Part shown: positions 22,374 through 36,227 of the stretch, in pieces
Layout of the letters: each line of letters opens with the position of its first letter
Numbering within the stretch: position 1 is the stretch's first letter
NCBI RefSeq assembly: GCF_963676685.1
Contig: NC_092348.1
Span: 43,338,001-43,402,000 of the forward strand
DNA from: Mytilus edulis
Lineage: Eukaryota
Direction: 5' to 3'
DNA: 64,000 nucleotides
Program-made: the position numbers and the translations under genes
The notes under the pieces: generated by a model
Told to the model about the DNA's origin: nothing
The model's database searches: none
The model's input: only the letters and a program-made list of their open reading frames with translations

Positions 22374-24454
22374 TTCTCTTTCAAAATAGATTGAAAGAGC
22401 ACATTTACAGATTTTCATTCAATTTATTTTGACCTTCGCCTTAGAACTTTTAATTTTTTCCTGTTGCCTTCTACATTTTTTGAGAATATTTAGGTCAGAA
22501 TTGTTTTCTATTTTGTATCCTTCAGACTAGTGGAAAATCAGGTACAATACCACAAGATTTCAATAAAAACAACAAATCAAAACTCAAATGTTCCAGTTTG
22601 AACTGTCTTGCATAATCTCTGCATGATTTTACTGATAAGAATGTTTATTAATATGTATTTGTCAAGAAAATCAATAAAATATTTGCAACTGGACGTTAGG
22701 AAAACTAAAACAATGATTGATTGAATTATTGTTGATTGCTTGTCTATTAAAAATATGAATGGAGAATAAAATCTTTATTTATTAAGCGACCGAGATAGAA
22801 TGCAGAAATAATGAACTAAATTTCTCGTTTTTTATATAGACCGTTGCTTTCCTGTTTGAAGGGTTTGACAATAGTGTTTTTGGGGTCCCTTTATAGCTTG
22901 CTGTTCGGTGTGAGCCAAGGCTCCGATTTGGAGACCGTTCCTTGACCTATAATTATGGTTTACTTCTATAAACTGTGACTTGGATGGAGAGTTGTCACAT
23001 TGGTACTCATATCACATCTTCCCGGCTATATCTAAAACTGTCAAATAAAACAAGAATACTCAAAGGCATTTTTAGGAGATATAATGTTAATTATTGATCA
23101 AATTGAAATCTGAGTAATTTTACTAGATAATTTACACAAATCTAATTTAACCTATAATAGGTAAATATCGGTTATTCTTCCAAAACAATGCTGATGATAT
23201 CGTAATTAACACATTTTATACAGTACTACCGTAATATGAAACTGTCATAATATAAAAAAACCAGAAAACTAAACACGAGAATGTTGCTATTACATGTATT
23301 CTAAATAATAAAAACAAAACAAAAAATGCTGCGGGTTTTTTTCACGAATACATTCTTTAACCCTATTCTATATTTCCTTGCTATAGCAAATCCTCTTATC
23401 ATCTAAGTTTTAATAGATTGACGATTTACTATAAAAATTAAAAAAAACAACAACAAGTGTTCTTTTTTCATTTAATTATTTCCATTATCTTTACTAATAA
23501 ATAAATAGACCGTTTGATTGATTTGGAACTCCTCTGAAACCATACAAAGGAAATATGTGTGATATGACGTATAAATGTAGTGTTTTGTACTGCCTAAATT
23601 TGTCTTTAAAACAATCTTTTTTTTACAACAGAAAAAGCCATATTTTAAAGAAAATATAAAATATCCCAATTTAAAAATTGTTAATGATCCGTGTCTTATA
23701 GGCTTTCGCCAATGCTCAGTGTACGTACAGCCCGCCAAATTTTAAAACTCTTTGTTTCTACACAAACCAATTTGTACCGCGATTTCGCGGGTATTTTTTT
23801 TTTGTTTGTAATCTAATGTGTAAAATACGTCGGCTTATATTTAAGTCGATAAGTATCGGTATCAATTAAGGAATATTTTGTGGAAAAATAATACTAGTAG
23901 CATGTAGTTTTGCAGTGTGTTTGTTTATTTTACATTGGCAAGTTTTATAGGAGAGGGTTGAGATCTCACAAAACAAGTTTAACCTCGCCGCATTAGTTTA
24001 ACAAATAACATAAGATGTCGGTAAGCATTTCGTGCAGATTGTATCGTTTATACAGTGAAAAAAGCTTTAGTAAAAATACTACTCAATGTACAACAAAGTT
24101 GTGATAACACATGAAGGAAAACAAAATAAAGGGTCGAATGACATTCTCGGTTTTTAAAAAAATGTAAAGCTTATGATATAAATAGGTGACTTAACTTGTG
24201 AATGCATAGCAATTCTTGATTGTTTATTACTTCTGCTGCATACTCGGAAGTTGGTTTAACGCACTTGTTTTCATAATATTTGTGTATGACTTAGTTGGAT
24301 TGGTGGCCGTGTTCATTATTTTCAACTCCTGCAATCATATTTTTTTCACGGTTCTCTTTCCCTTTTCAATTTGTTCAAATTATTTTGTTTCTCTTCCGCC
24401 ACTTTTGTTTTTTAAATGTTGCTTTTCGATTTCACATGCTGTTATTGGGTAAAT

Positions 24455-24978
24455 AGTATCGAACATTTATTGCACATTTGCAACTCTGCATATGTAATCT
24501 ATCACTTTTCTTTTTTATGATCTTTTATATGTGCGTAATCTCCTTATTTTTAATGTATTCTTGGTGTCTCCTCAGAAAGGGTAACAAATATCGCAAACGT
24601 TCACTACTTTCTTAGGATTGTCTGTTAAATTTAAACGAGTTATTATTGGGTGCCTTACATGAACTGTATGCGATATTTTGGGGTAACTAAAACACATTAA
24701 GTCGTAGAGTATATCGAATTGTTATTGCGCGTTTGCAACTAACTATGTATAACCAAACACTTTTCTTTTCTGTATGAGAGTTATCTCCTCGTATGTTTTT
24801 CTTTGGTATCGTCTCTCCTCAGAAAGCGTTAAACATATTGAATAAATACATATCTGTATCCAAAATGTTTGCTACTTTCATAGGATGATGTGTTAAATAT
24901 AAACTGAAGCAGCACGGTTTCTTGTTTAATGAGTTTTTGTGTGTTTAGATGACATGAGTGGTATTTGGGGATAACTAA
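24455..24978 (+). repeat. Degenerate local tandem duplication (~250-290-bp unit)
   Basis: tatcgaa..ttattgc..tttgcaact at 24457 and 24712; ctcctcagaaag at 24568 and 24815; gggg..taactaaaa at 24680 and 24967. Confidence 0.6.
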
Positions 24979-26380
24979 AACAAGAGGCTCTCAAGAGCCT
25001 GAATCGCTCACCTGAATTTTTTTGGTTTAATCTCTCATCAATGATTATTTTGGCTTTTCAATTTATTTAAATGTTCTTTGAATCGTCCTATTTTCTTCAA
25101 AAGCAAAAAAAAATCATTTTCTCCTATGTTCTATTTTAGCCATAGGAGCTATGTTTCTTGACATACAAGGAAATGAAATATAAAATTTATACTAGATACT
25201 CTGAAACTCTGAAACTCATTTAGCCTAAGTTTGGCTGAAATTGATACAGCAGTTTCATAAGAGAAGATTTTTTAAAGTAAGTCAACATGATGAACAAATT
25301 GTGAAAAAAGTCTTTAAAGGGCAATAACTCCTAAAGAGGTCAATTGACAATTTTGGTCATATTAACTTATTTGTAGATCTTACTTTGCTGATCTTTTTTG
25401 CTGTTTACAGTTTATCTTTATCTATAATAATATTCAAGATAATGACCAAAAACTGCAAAATTTCCTTAAAATTACCAATTAAGTGGCAGCAACCCAACAA
25501 TTGGATGTTTGATTCATCTGAAAATTTCAGGGCTGATAGATATTGACCTAATGAACATTTTTACTCCATGTCAGATTTGCTCTTAATGCTTTCGTTTTTG
25601 AGATATAAGCCAAAAACTGCATTTGACCCCTATGTTCTATTTTAAGTAACGACGGCCATGTTTTTTGACGGATCAAAAATCAAAGCACACACTTTGTGCA
25701 GGATAATCTAAGGAACAACCATGCTAAGTTTTAACCAAATCCATTCAGTAGTTTCAGAGGAGAAGATTTTTTAAAGTTAGCAAATATGATGAACAAATTG
25801 TGAAAAATTGTCATTAAAGGACAATAACCCCTTAAGGGGTCAATTGACAATTTTGGTCATATTAACTTATTTGTAGATCTTACTTTGCTGATCTTTTTTG
25901 CTGTTTACAGTTTATCTTTATCTATAATAATATTCAAGATAATGACCAAAAACTGCAAAATTTCCTTAAAATTACCAATTAAGTGGCAGCAACCCAACAA
26001 TGGTTTGTTTGATTCATCTGAAAATTTCAGGGCTGATAGATCTTGACCTAATGAACATTTTTACCCCATGTCAGATTTGCTCTAAATGCTTTCGTTTTTG
26101 AGATATAAGCCAAAAACTGCATTTGACCCCTATGTTCTATTTTAAGTAACGGCGGCCATGTTTTTTGACGGATCAAAAATCGAAGCGCACATTTTGTGCA
26201 GGATATACTAAGGAACAATCATGTTAAGTTTCATTCAAATCACTTCAGTAGTTTCAGAGGAGAAGATGTTTGAAAAATTGTTAACGACGACGACGACGTC
26301 GACGACGACGACGTCGACGACGACGACGGACGCCAAGTGATGAGAAAAGCTCACATGGCCTTTTAGGCCAGGTGAGCTAA
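24979..26380 (+). mobile_element. Helentron-associated non-autonomous element with two 500-bp tandem units
   Basis: 5' palindrome aggctc-tcaa-gagcct; subTIR gctcacctg / caggtgagc; units 500 bp apart (caattgacaa at 25341 and 25841); (GAC)n tract; 3' hairpin; inserted into an A run without TSD. Confidence 0.8.
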
Positions 26381-26829
26381 AAAACATAAAGTTATAGAGA
26401 CCTAGATGCTGTTAATATGAAGTTCTTGGTCAATAAGCAGGAAATTAAGGTCAAGGTCAGAGGTCAAATTTTAAAATTGTTATCGAAACTCCTTAGAAAC
26501 TGTAAAAGTTATCGACATTAGGTTTTTGACATAACGTCATTCTGGAACATATATACACAGTATTAAAATGAACGACATATGACATGAAAAGAGTCACAAG
26601 AAAGAACGTTGTGCAACCGGATGTAACCTTCTCTAATCTTTTTTTAAATTAAAAATACTTTTAAAAAACCCATAGATTTTAAGAATCAGAACGTGACAAC
26701 CGTTCATTTAAGCCGTAACCGGCATTGTGTTAACCAGACATACCAGACTATCGTTTTATTGGAAGCAAAAGTATATGGAAATCTATTTTTGTTCTTTGCA
26801 GCGTAATGAAACATAACATATGCCACCGA

Positions 26830-27270
26830 AAGTACCAATCATATTTCTTCCAATTTCCAATTAATGAAGTTTATATATCCCTTAGTATTCATAGACGCTA
26901 TCATGCGTTGTTTTACCTTTACTTATGGCATATTGGTTTCAAAGATGACAACGGATATGCTCGAATGATCGTTAATTTAATCACACCGTCCTCTTTTCTC
27001 CAAATGTCACTACCGAGTTATACTTATAACCGGGTTTTAAAAAGATGAACAGCACGATGAGATCTTATGTAAGACAGAATTTGCTTACCCTTCCGGAACA
27101 ACTGAGAGCACCCTGTTTTATTGGGGCTCGTAATGCTAAGTCTTTATTTTTCTGTTTTGTTAAGTGTACTGCTGTTTGTCTATTTGTCTGTTTTTTATAT
27201 AGCCATTACGTTGTGAGTTTATTTTCGACTTATGGGTTTTAATGTCCCTTTGGTATCTTTTGCCTCCTCT
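26830..27270 (+). mobile_element. Decayed Penelope-like element 3' portion
   Basis: Remnants resembling F.FPI / VYIS.I of the PLE RT C-terminus, followed by the ttgcttacccttccgga.ca block also seen inverted at ~40030. Confidence 0.5.
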
Positions 27271-28062
27271 CTATAATTTTAAAGGGAAGAAAATGTATTT
27301 CTAGAATCAGTGAAAATAAGCTATCAGCTGACACCGGAAGACTGTACAGTAAATATTTTTAAACAGGAAGTCGGTGTTTTATGTCTGAAATTTCAAAGAA
27401 AAGAACTACAAACCATGTATTTTTTTTAATCGGAGCAAGATAAGTTATCTTCTGAAACCTTTATTTTTGTTTACCAAAATCAGGCCTCATTTGTTCGGAT
27501 GGATTGTTTGTTATTTTTCAATTTGCATTCAATTCCTGTTTCTGTTTTTAATCATATCATACATATCATCAAAACTGCCTTTACGAAACCTGGTTCAATG
27601 TAAAAATTGCTGGATGCATGTAAATAATGGACCTAGTTTCTGACTCACAAACAAGTCTGAATTGTTAAATGACATACTCAGCATATTACTAGTAAAGAAC
27701 ACATAACAGAGTAACCTTTGATGTATGCTGGTAAATCGTCTTCTTTAAAATTGAGATGCTTTAGTTTTTCTGAGAAGTGCTCTGTTAATTGCAGTTAATT
27801 CTTATGTATTTTTCCTTTTGTCTATCCTATTTTACTAATGAAAATCTTTCCGACGTTATGACAAAATGAAGGACACAATGATCACCCAGATCAAAAATGT
27901 AACTGGTTTATGTACAATAAAATATTTTTAATACTAAACACAAAGTCGTCATGATTTAAAAGGCAACTGAATACATTTTAATAAATCATTTTTATTTCAT
28001 TTTCAGACAACATCCGTGTTGACTAGTTTCTAGTTTCGTCTGGTTCAACGTTTGAACTGTTT

Positions 28063-31000
28063 CTAGTAGGAAGGACAGTTGGGTTCCTGTAATGTGGAAA
28101 ATCGATCATTTAATTATGTATATTAAGCTTATTCAAATGCATTTATGGATTAAACAACACATAATTCATATATTCTTTTATATACTGATAATTTTATACA
28201 TTTCAGTAATATAATTGAAAACTTACTTATCTTTAGTCAGACCTTTTGTCACGCATTCGTTATGTTATTTCCGTACGTTTTATAGCCTGCCATAACACCA
28301 TATTATGTTAAATTTGCTTGTTGTTGAAATATGGCCTCTGATCTATGAAAGATAGCTGTCCCATTGGAATTCATACCACATCCCATTTTCTTTATATATA
28401 TATATTATATTCATCATAACAAGTATTGACATGAGGACATACAATTTCTTATATTACATTATAAGAAAAACGGATACATGTTATTTTATTACATGGTCAA
28501 CAACGAGCAAAGCCCATACCGCATAGTCAGCTATAAATGGCCCCGAAATGATAATGTTAAACAATTCAATCGAGAAAACTAACGGCCTCATTGATGTAGT
28601 TCATTTTTACTTAACAGTACCCAAAGTGTACCTATTTTTCATAAAAAATGACGGCTGTCCCAGTGGTTTTCTTAGATCCTAAACCATTTGTATTTATCAC
28701 TTATCATTGTGCAAGTCTTTCAACAAAAAAACACAAAAAAAAAACAGCGAGGATATCGAAAACGCGAAATGGTTTCACTTCTGGTTTTAGCATTTTCACG
28801 ATTTTGCGTTTGTCAATTACTGTTCATTTCTTTGGTTTTAGCTTAGTGGTGCCATTAAAGAAATGGCATGCCTACCCCTATTTTCTTTTCATAATTTTAT
28901 TACTTATTGTTGAAAAGGCCATTGTTGAAACGCTTATAAATCCTTGTTATAACAGTTTTTGCAAGAAAAAAAATGGTGATGTTATTTGTATGAAAAATCT
29001 AGTGAAACTCATTTTATGCCAGCACTTTGGTGTTGACATGAATATCAACTATATGGTCATTTTAATAAATTTACATGAAAGATTAAAAAAATTATTTTTG
29101 GAAAATAATGTCTGAACGGGAATAACTTGAAAAAAGCAAAATCGGACGACAATATGTTGGTTATTCATTCGTCTCAACTCGGCCGATTCCGTACCCTCAT
29201 CTAGAAGGAGAGTAGCGGATTCTACATTCTACCGAGGATTGGCGAATGGTTGGTTATTATGAATGATGATGACGCCACTTAATTGTTTCACACAAGAATG
29301 AATATCAACGAGAGCAGTGATAAAAGGTGTTTACTTACTTGAGTTCTCTCACAAATGTATCCCTTTCCTAAACGATTACAATGTGTATCATCCCATTTGT
29401 AGTTAGATCTGTACCAAATTTGAGCGCATTGATTTTTGCCTCCCGAAGGTTCACCAGGTGCCCAGTTTGAATATTGCACTTTAAATGACTCATTGACCCA
29501 ACTCCACTTCCCTTCTTTACCATTTGCTGCCCCCATCCAGTAGCTTGTTGAATGTTGACCTGTTTCTATTATAATTTAATGTCAAATGAACAAATATTTA
29601 CAAATTACATTTCGAAAGATGTTGTGACTACTGATTTGACACTGAATGATATACATGATTAATTAATATCCTGATATCATTTAACGAATGTTGAGTGTTA
29701 AATATAATTACATTTTTCACTTCATTTCCATTTTTTTTATTATTTGGGGAAGCTAGACTTATATATATGTACAAATGAATTTAAACAGTCGGAAACCCGG
29801 TTGAAATAGAACAAAAGAATCGAAGCTCTTTGTTAGAGAAGGCGATAAATGTGTACTGTATTGTTTACTATAGTGACAAAAATTTTAAAAGTTAATAGAA
29901 ACAAACAAAATTACAATTTTCTTCTCAATTACGAGGTGCTTTATTTAAAAACACCATTTGCATAAGTTTTCAATTTATCTAGTACATAGTTGAGCAGAAC
30001 AATTAGATTTCAAGTCGACGACATGGGTATCCTTCAAGTTGGATGAAGAAAATGCGTTACCTCAGATTTTTTTGAAAAAATTACCACGGACGGAAAACAT
30101 ATCAATCTATTAGTTCAGTAATTTTCGTGTCTGCCCTTCCATTATGTGACTCAAGAAAAAATTCCAAAAAATGGGTAACAATTGTATCGAAAAGAGAAAA
30201 TCGAGTGCACCTTTTTATGTTAGGGCGTGTTTGAGTTGAATATTTTGTCTTGATATCGTACAAAGTAAGATTATTTCATACATCGTCTCGCTTCAGATTC
30301 TATTATTTTTATATATCAAAGCTACAGATTTACTTTATAACACAAAAAAATAACAGTACTAAAAGATGAAATATATAGGTCAAGTGAAATACCTATCGAA
30401 TGAGTCACAAAAACAGAGGTGTGTTCGAACAACTATTTTTTTACTGAAAGTACTTGACGACAGTCTTTCAAGTTGGATGATGAAAATGCATATCTTTGAA
30501 AAAATATAATTTTGTGTGTGTGAAAACTAGGCTTTATAGTCTTTATACACTACAAAAATCTAGTCTGCCCTTCCACGAAATTTTTAATTATAATTTTTTT
30601 TAAATGTTTATGAATTTTCGAAAATTCCACCTGACAACCGATTAGACAATAGTTTTAAGTTGAATCAATGCTGACAAGATCATTAACTGATGCTCATTAG
30701 CTAGTTGATACATTTGTCTTTTAAAATACAACTGATCGTAATGGTGTAATGTGGATAGTTTTATCGGTTTCCATGAGCAAAATTGGTAGCGCGTTGTCCC
30801 TTCAATGGCTTCCATTTCTACGATTGTGAAAATGAACTGGCGTAATGGGGAGATAATTCTGACGAAGTAGATTCCTGACTGTAAAGAATGGTACATATAA
30901 TATTATAACAATTTTAAATTGGTACCTGCCTAGCGTACATCAGCAATTATTTTGTCTTTATTCAAAACGAGAATAAAAAAGCAAGTTAAGCAAACGAACT

Positions 31001-34000
31001 AGGATAAAAAGCGATAAATGTGCCCTGATAGTAAAAATTAGGTTATGGTTAATTTCAGCGGAATGTTTGCGTTGCAAAGGGTCACCTTTGAAGACCCAAT
31101 AAAATTATTCGAAATTAAAATTATTAAATTTCATCTACGAGTAGAGAGCTTTCAATCATCGTACACTAAGTATCGAACTTAACGTCCAATCCAAACTACT
31201 GACATATAATAGTTGTGCTGAACGTCCATGGAATATTTGCCATGTTAAGGTGGTACCGATCATTACAGGGAAATAACTCTTTAGAATCATATAAACGTTT
31301 TAATCACGTTGTATTGTAAATTATATATAAAGCTTCGCAATGATCAAAAATCAAAATTGGTGTTTGTCAAACTGTTACATTATATATCCAATGAAATTAT
31401 CCCGAGAAAGTGATTGGTTCAAATTTTTTGAAATTTTTATAATTTTTTTTCAAAAATTCAAAGTAAATATTTTGTCAAATTTTATGGAAAATTAAACTAG
31501 TCAAATTATTTTTAGTCAAGGTGTTTGGCACCATCTTAAGCAACCATTAATCAATTAAGCAAGAAGTGGCTGTCTTTTTTATGTTTTAGTCAAACAAACG
31601 CCTCACATTAGCGAGGGTTTACATTTGTTTAAATACTGGATGAGAGTAAATACGAGCCTCGCTTTTCGTCCTATTTCTAAAGCCAAAACAAATAAATTTT
31701 ATATTTTCAGTCAATGTACAGATATTTTTTTTTATCTTGAAATTTATCCCCAACACTTGAAAATTTAGTTAAAATCTAAATCAATGTGTCTATTTTTTTT
31801 ATATAAAAATCGACATATATAGTTTAAACGCGGCGCGCGAAGAGGACCCCAACATGAACTATTACTCAAAAAGAAATATCCATTTCACCGTTTACTCAAC
31901 ATGGAAGCGGGGTGAGATGAAACTTTGTTTGTACAAGTACAAATAAATCAAAACTTTGAGTGTAATTTGTGTAAAAGTTGACTAGTTGCAGGATAAACTT
32001 CTCTATTTTATTAATCAATTCAAGTCATCCCCTGCGATGTTGGTGAACATAGTACCCTTTTTAACTATCAATATTTAACTTTTCAATTATCTTCTTACTT
32101 GGCACACTCGTGGTTGTTTACATAATATGCAATTGTAAACTGAAAGTGTGAAAATTTGTAAACAATTCTAAGGGGGCTACCATTTGCTTTTTTTTATACT
32201 TATTACTATTTACAACTTACTTTGAATCAGTTTAGCAATCCATGAATCTTCGGAAGAATCTGTTACCTGTACAAGATACCCGCCAATATCTCGGCATTGC
32301 CTCTGTAATCACAAAATTATTTAAAAGAAAAACACTTAAAAGAAGCCTTTATTTTGATTCATTTAAATTATTCTTGTTAACGATATGACTTTATTGACTA
32401 ATCCGCTAAGAAAATCTCAGAACAATTATTTGAATAAAATTAAAAAAAATAAGGAAATTCAAAGCAGTGGCATTTTTTATACCGATAATGTTTTGACGGA
32501 CGTTGCAAGTGATGTCGATATTTTATTTTAAATTTTGAGGTTATTGCATATGCAAAACCCGACGTATTCGTTACAAATATGTGATAATAAGCATTATCAT
32601 ATACTTAGACTAAATAACATATGATTTTTACTGTATGATAATACCATTAAATTAACGTAAATTCCATATTTTTCGAATTGGTCCTTAGCGGGCTGATATG
32701 AAAAGTTTATCACAAGTCATGCTTCGATTGTTATCACATGCCTTTCCGTAACGTTATCGCATGGCATTCCGGTGATACTCGGCAAATTCCGGAAAATACA
32801 CCTCAATGCTACGTTTTCAGTGAAAACCATTACAAAGTAGTGTACAAAACAATCATTTGGGTGCTGGAAATCATATTTCGTGAAATAATAAAAAAAACAA
32901 AACACAAAAAAAAATTTATTAAATAAATTTATTGTTTAAAAGTTTCAAACATAATTTAGAAAGTTACATCAAAAAGTTGCCAAACAGTCTTCATTATGTG
33001 TATTGTTAATTTTTGTTGGTTTTTGTCAATTCGTCCATATTAAAATGTGTTTCTTCTCTGTTGAGGCAAATGATAGAAATGTCGAATGTACTAAATTTGG
33101 GGTCCGACGTCCGTGAACTTTTCAATCTTCGAACTTCTCTTACAGAACCACGTAAAAAGATCAATATACGAATCAGTTATTTTTCTTCATTGTTGAAGCA
33201 TATGATAAAAAGATCATAACATGTCATTTTTCATATCGCATGTATTATCAGCCCTCGGTCAATATCAGCCCTCGAGCCATGCGGCTCTTGGGCTGATATT
33301 GAACCTAGGGCTGATAATAATTGCGATATGAAAAATGCAATGTAATAATCTGATATTATTCCATTCTCACTGGTTTTATACAAAAAAGATGAATATTGTC
33401 AAATTGACTTTAAGAGACATTAAAAACAAAATATAACATACATGAGATTCATTTTGACCACCCAATTGGCGCTCAGTTAAAAAGTAGAAATAAAATAGTT
33501 ACCTCTGATTTATACCAATTTTTAGTTTTATCAGTAGAAACATAGTAGCAATGATTATTGTATTTTTCCCATCCTGTCGGACATCTAGAAGCCGACTTCC
33601 CTATTTGAAAAATTTACATGATATGTATAAACATTTAGTATATTCAAAAACGTTTCTTTTCCTATCTTAACTGTAAGCAGCAGTAAATAAAATCACTACC
33701 AGTTAGTGTTCATTTAAAAGAGCGTAAAAACACAAATTTTAAAACAAAACGAAATTTAAAAAATCGTTAACTTTATCTTAAATTTTTACATTTAATGTAT
33801 TGATTTGACGAAGCATTGTTTTTAACGACAAAAACCATTTATTTTTACAGAAACAGCTTCATTTTTCATTATAAAATAATCTCACCTTGCAACTTTTCTT
33901 CCAAAGTCTTCAAAGATGACTGTATAGTAGATATTAGTGATTTTTCGTTTTGTTCAAGACAAGTTTCTGATCTGATCACTGACACGCAACAACAGATCAC

Positions 34001-34021
34001 AACTAATACGATTGGTAACAT
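28063..34021 (-). CDS. Secreted C-type lectin (perlucin-like), ~188 aa; exons 33886-34021, 33503-33600, 32221-32302, 29339-29565 (or 29559), 28063-28086
   Basis: Signal peptide MLPIVLVVICCCVSVIRS, short coiled neck, CPTGW..HCY, RQC..GGYLV, YWMG, YSNWAPGEPS, C..WDD..C..YICE. All GT-AG phases match (1,0,1,0). AATAAA on the minus strand at 27991-27996. Confidence 0.9.
31249..31535 (-). mobile_element. Kolobok-like MITE (diverged copy, in a lectin intron)
   Basis: TTAA on both flanks and a ggtggtacc terminus; inverted homologue of 38020-38292. Confidence 0.7.
32597..33350 (+). repeat. Dispersed ~750-bp element ending in a long hairpin (copy 1)
   Basis: Colinear with 40720-41440; palindrome at 33225-33337. 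Confidence 0.8.
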
Positions 34022-35036
34022 TCTGTAGAATTATAACTTGAATTTAGACATTTTTATCAAAACGTTATGCCCAGGACAACGGTGTGACACAAAATGTTTT
34101 TTTAATTCTTAGTTGGCCAGCTCCTTGCTTAACCTAAATCAATTATATCATACCATTTCCGTTAGAAATAGTTCATTAACTCTTCAAGATACTGCATTTA
34201 TTTTAAACTTATGCCTCGGGTTTAATTTGTTGTTTTGAAGAACTTAATTTGTTTTCGTTAAGTTGATTATTCGCTTGGCATGGCATGGTAAAGTGCATTC
34301 AAATGACCAATTGGATCTGCACGTAGAAAAATTATCGCTAGAAACTAAAGGGACACATGGCGTTGCTAATGAAATTGACACGAAAATGACAACGTCGTCA
34401 TAGGTAAAATACCGAAAAAAAGATTATCATTAGGTCATTGTACCGGCTCAAGAAGGAAAATCAATCTCGTTGAGATGACCAACGACTATCTATAAGTATA
34501 CAATGATTTTTTATGAATAAAATTATAAAATTGTAATAAAAATTATTTAAACAGTTTGTGCAAAGACTATACAGACCTTTTGCTGGAATCTTCAAACTGG
34601 AATAATGATTGGAGTATTCTGAATTTTCGATATTTAAATGCAACATAAGAAGTATACATGTCACCTTTATTACGTGACAATCTGCAATGTGTTACATTGT
34701 ACATGACTTTTGTGCTATTATGTTGCAGTATTCAATTACTGAAAGATATTGTAAAACAATAGAATATGAGGTATATTGCCAAAGGTTAGTTTACTTCAGA
34801 GTCTCTTCCTTTTTTTTAATTTGTTTATATTTTTGATATTTTATTACACTTGTCCAACTTTTTTTTATATTATGAATAGTCGATTACTCATTTGATTTTG
34901 GGTACGTCAATTAACATCTGAAAAGTGCTTTGTTCCAAATCGATAAATATGGCAATGAATTGATTTTATCATTTTCTGTCACTTTTACTTAGTTGCACCT
35001 TACTTTTAAGAGATACCTTCATGTAATTTACGAACG

Positions 35037-35334
35037 TTTTATGCTCATTCTAGGGCATTATGTTCTTCGATTTATCATGGCATTGCTTCTAATCATTCGT
35101 CCGTCCGTCTTTCCCGCTTAAGGAACAAGTTTTTGGTCAAGGTAGTTTATGATGAAGTTGTAATTCAATCAACTTGAAACTTAGTACACATCTTCCCTAT
35201 GATATGATCTTTCGAATTTGAATGCTTAACCTAAAAAAAAAAGAAAAGAGTTTTGATCCCATTTTCACGGTCCACAGAACATAGAAATTAATAGTGTGAG
35301 TGGGGAATCTGTGTACTATAGACACGTTCTTGTT
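35037..35334 (-). mobile_element. Decayed Helentron-associated element
   Basis: (CGTC)n near one end and ttcttgtt at the other: the inverse layout of 12941-13432. Confidence 0.45.
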
Positions 35335-36227
35335 GTATTTGAATTTCGCTAAAGCAATGATTTTGTATCGGACAGTTGTTTATAATAACAGCGTGCAAAG
35401 CTCAAAGTCGCCCTCTGTATCGAAACATAATTATAACACTATTAAAATTGTAGCTCAAAACTGTTAGCCGGTTTGTCTCCATGCCGACGATAGTCTGAAG
35501 TATTATATAATGATAAATAGTTAGTGGATATAATGTACTTTATATAAATCTTATATACACGGCCGCGAATGTGCTATTTAATTGAAATAAACATTCGCAG
35601 AATCGTTCAATATCTTTCACCGAGTCGGTCCAAAACTTTCGCATAGTCGGCAAAACATTCACTGGATTAACTATTCGGAATCTTACACGGCCGTGCAAAT
35701 ACTGTTTTATTACACTGTATAAATCTTGCACAGAGTCAGGGGTCTCGTATGGCTTTCCATAGTATCTAGAAAATCAGGAACACTGGCACTTTTATCATTG
35801 TATAAACTTGAACGTGTCCTACGTGTTTTTACTTTTTACAGTAAAAGAGGAAGGTGTGAATGTCTGGGAATTTGTGATCCAGTTTTGAGAACGTATTATG
35901 TTCAACGACAAAGTTAACGTTCATGTGATATCTAGCACAGACAAACAATGATCGATGCTATTTATAACATGAATTGCCATAAAGATCAGAACAGCTGCAT
36001 AAGACCACACAAACTACCACAGTATTGATTTCGTATAAGTATAAAGTAAACTTACTTTGTTTTGTGTTGGTACTATCTAATAGAAAACAATTGATATGGA
36101 GTATCCATCCTTGACATAAAATTAGAACATGCACAAGAGAAAAAGAACACAAAAATATAAAAAGAAGGTGTGTTATGATTGCCAATTAGACAACTCTCCG
36201 CAAGTGACAAAATGACCCAGAAATTAA

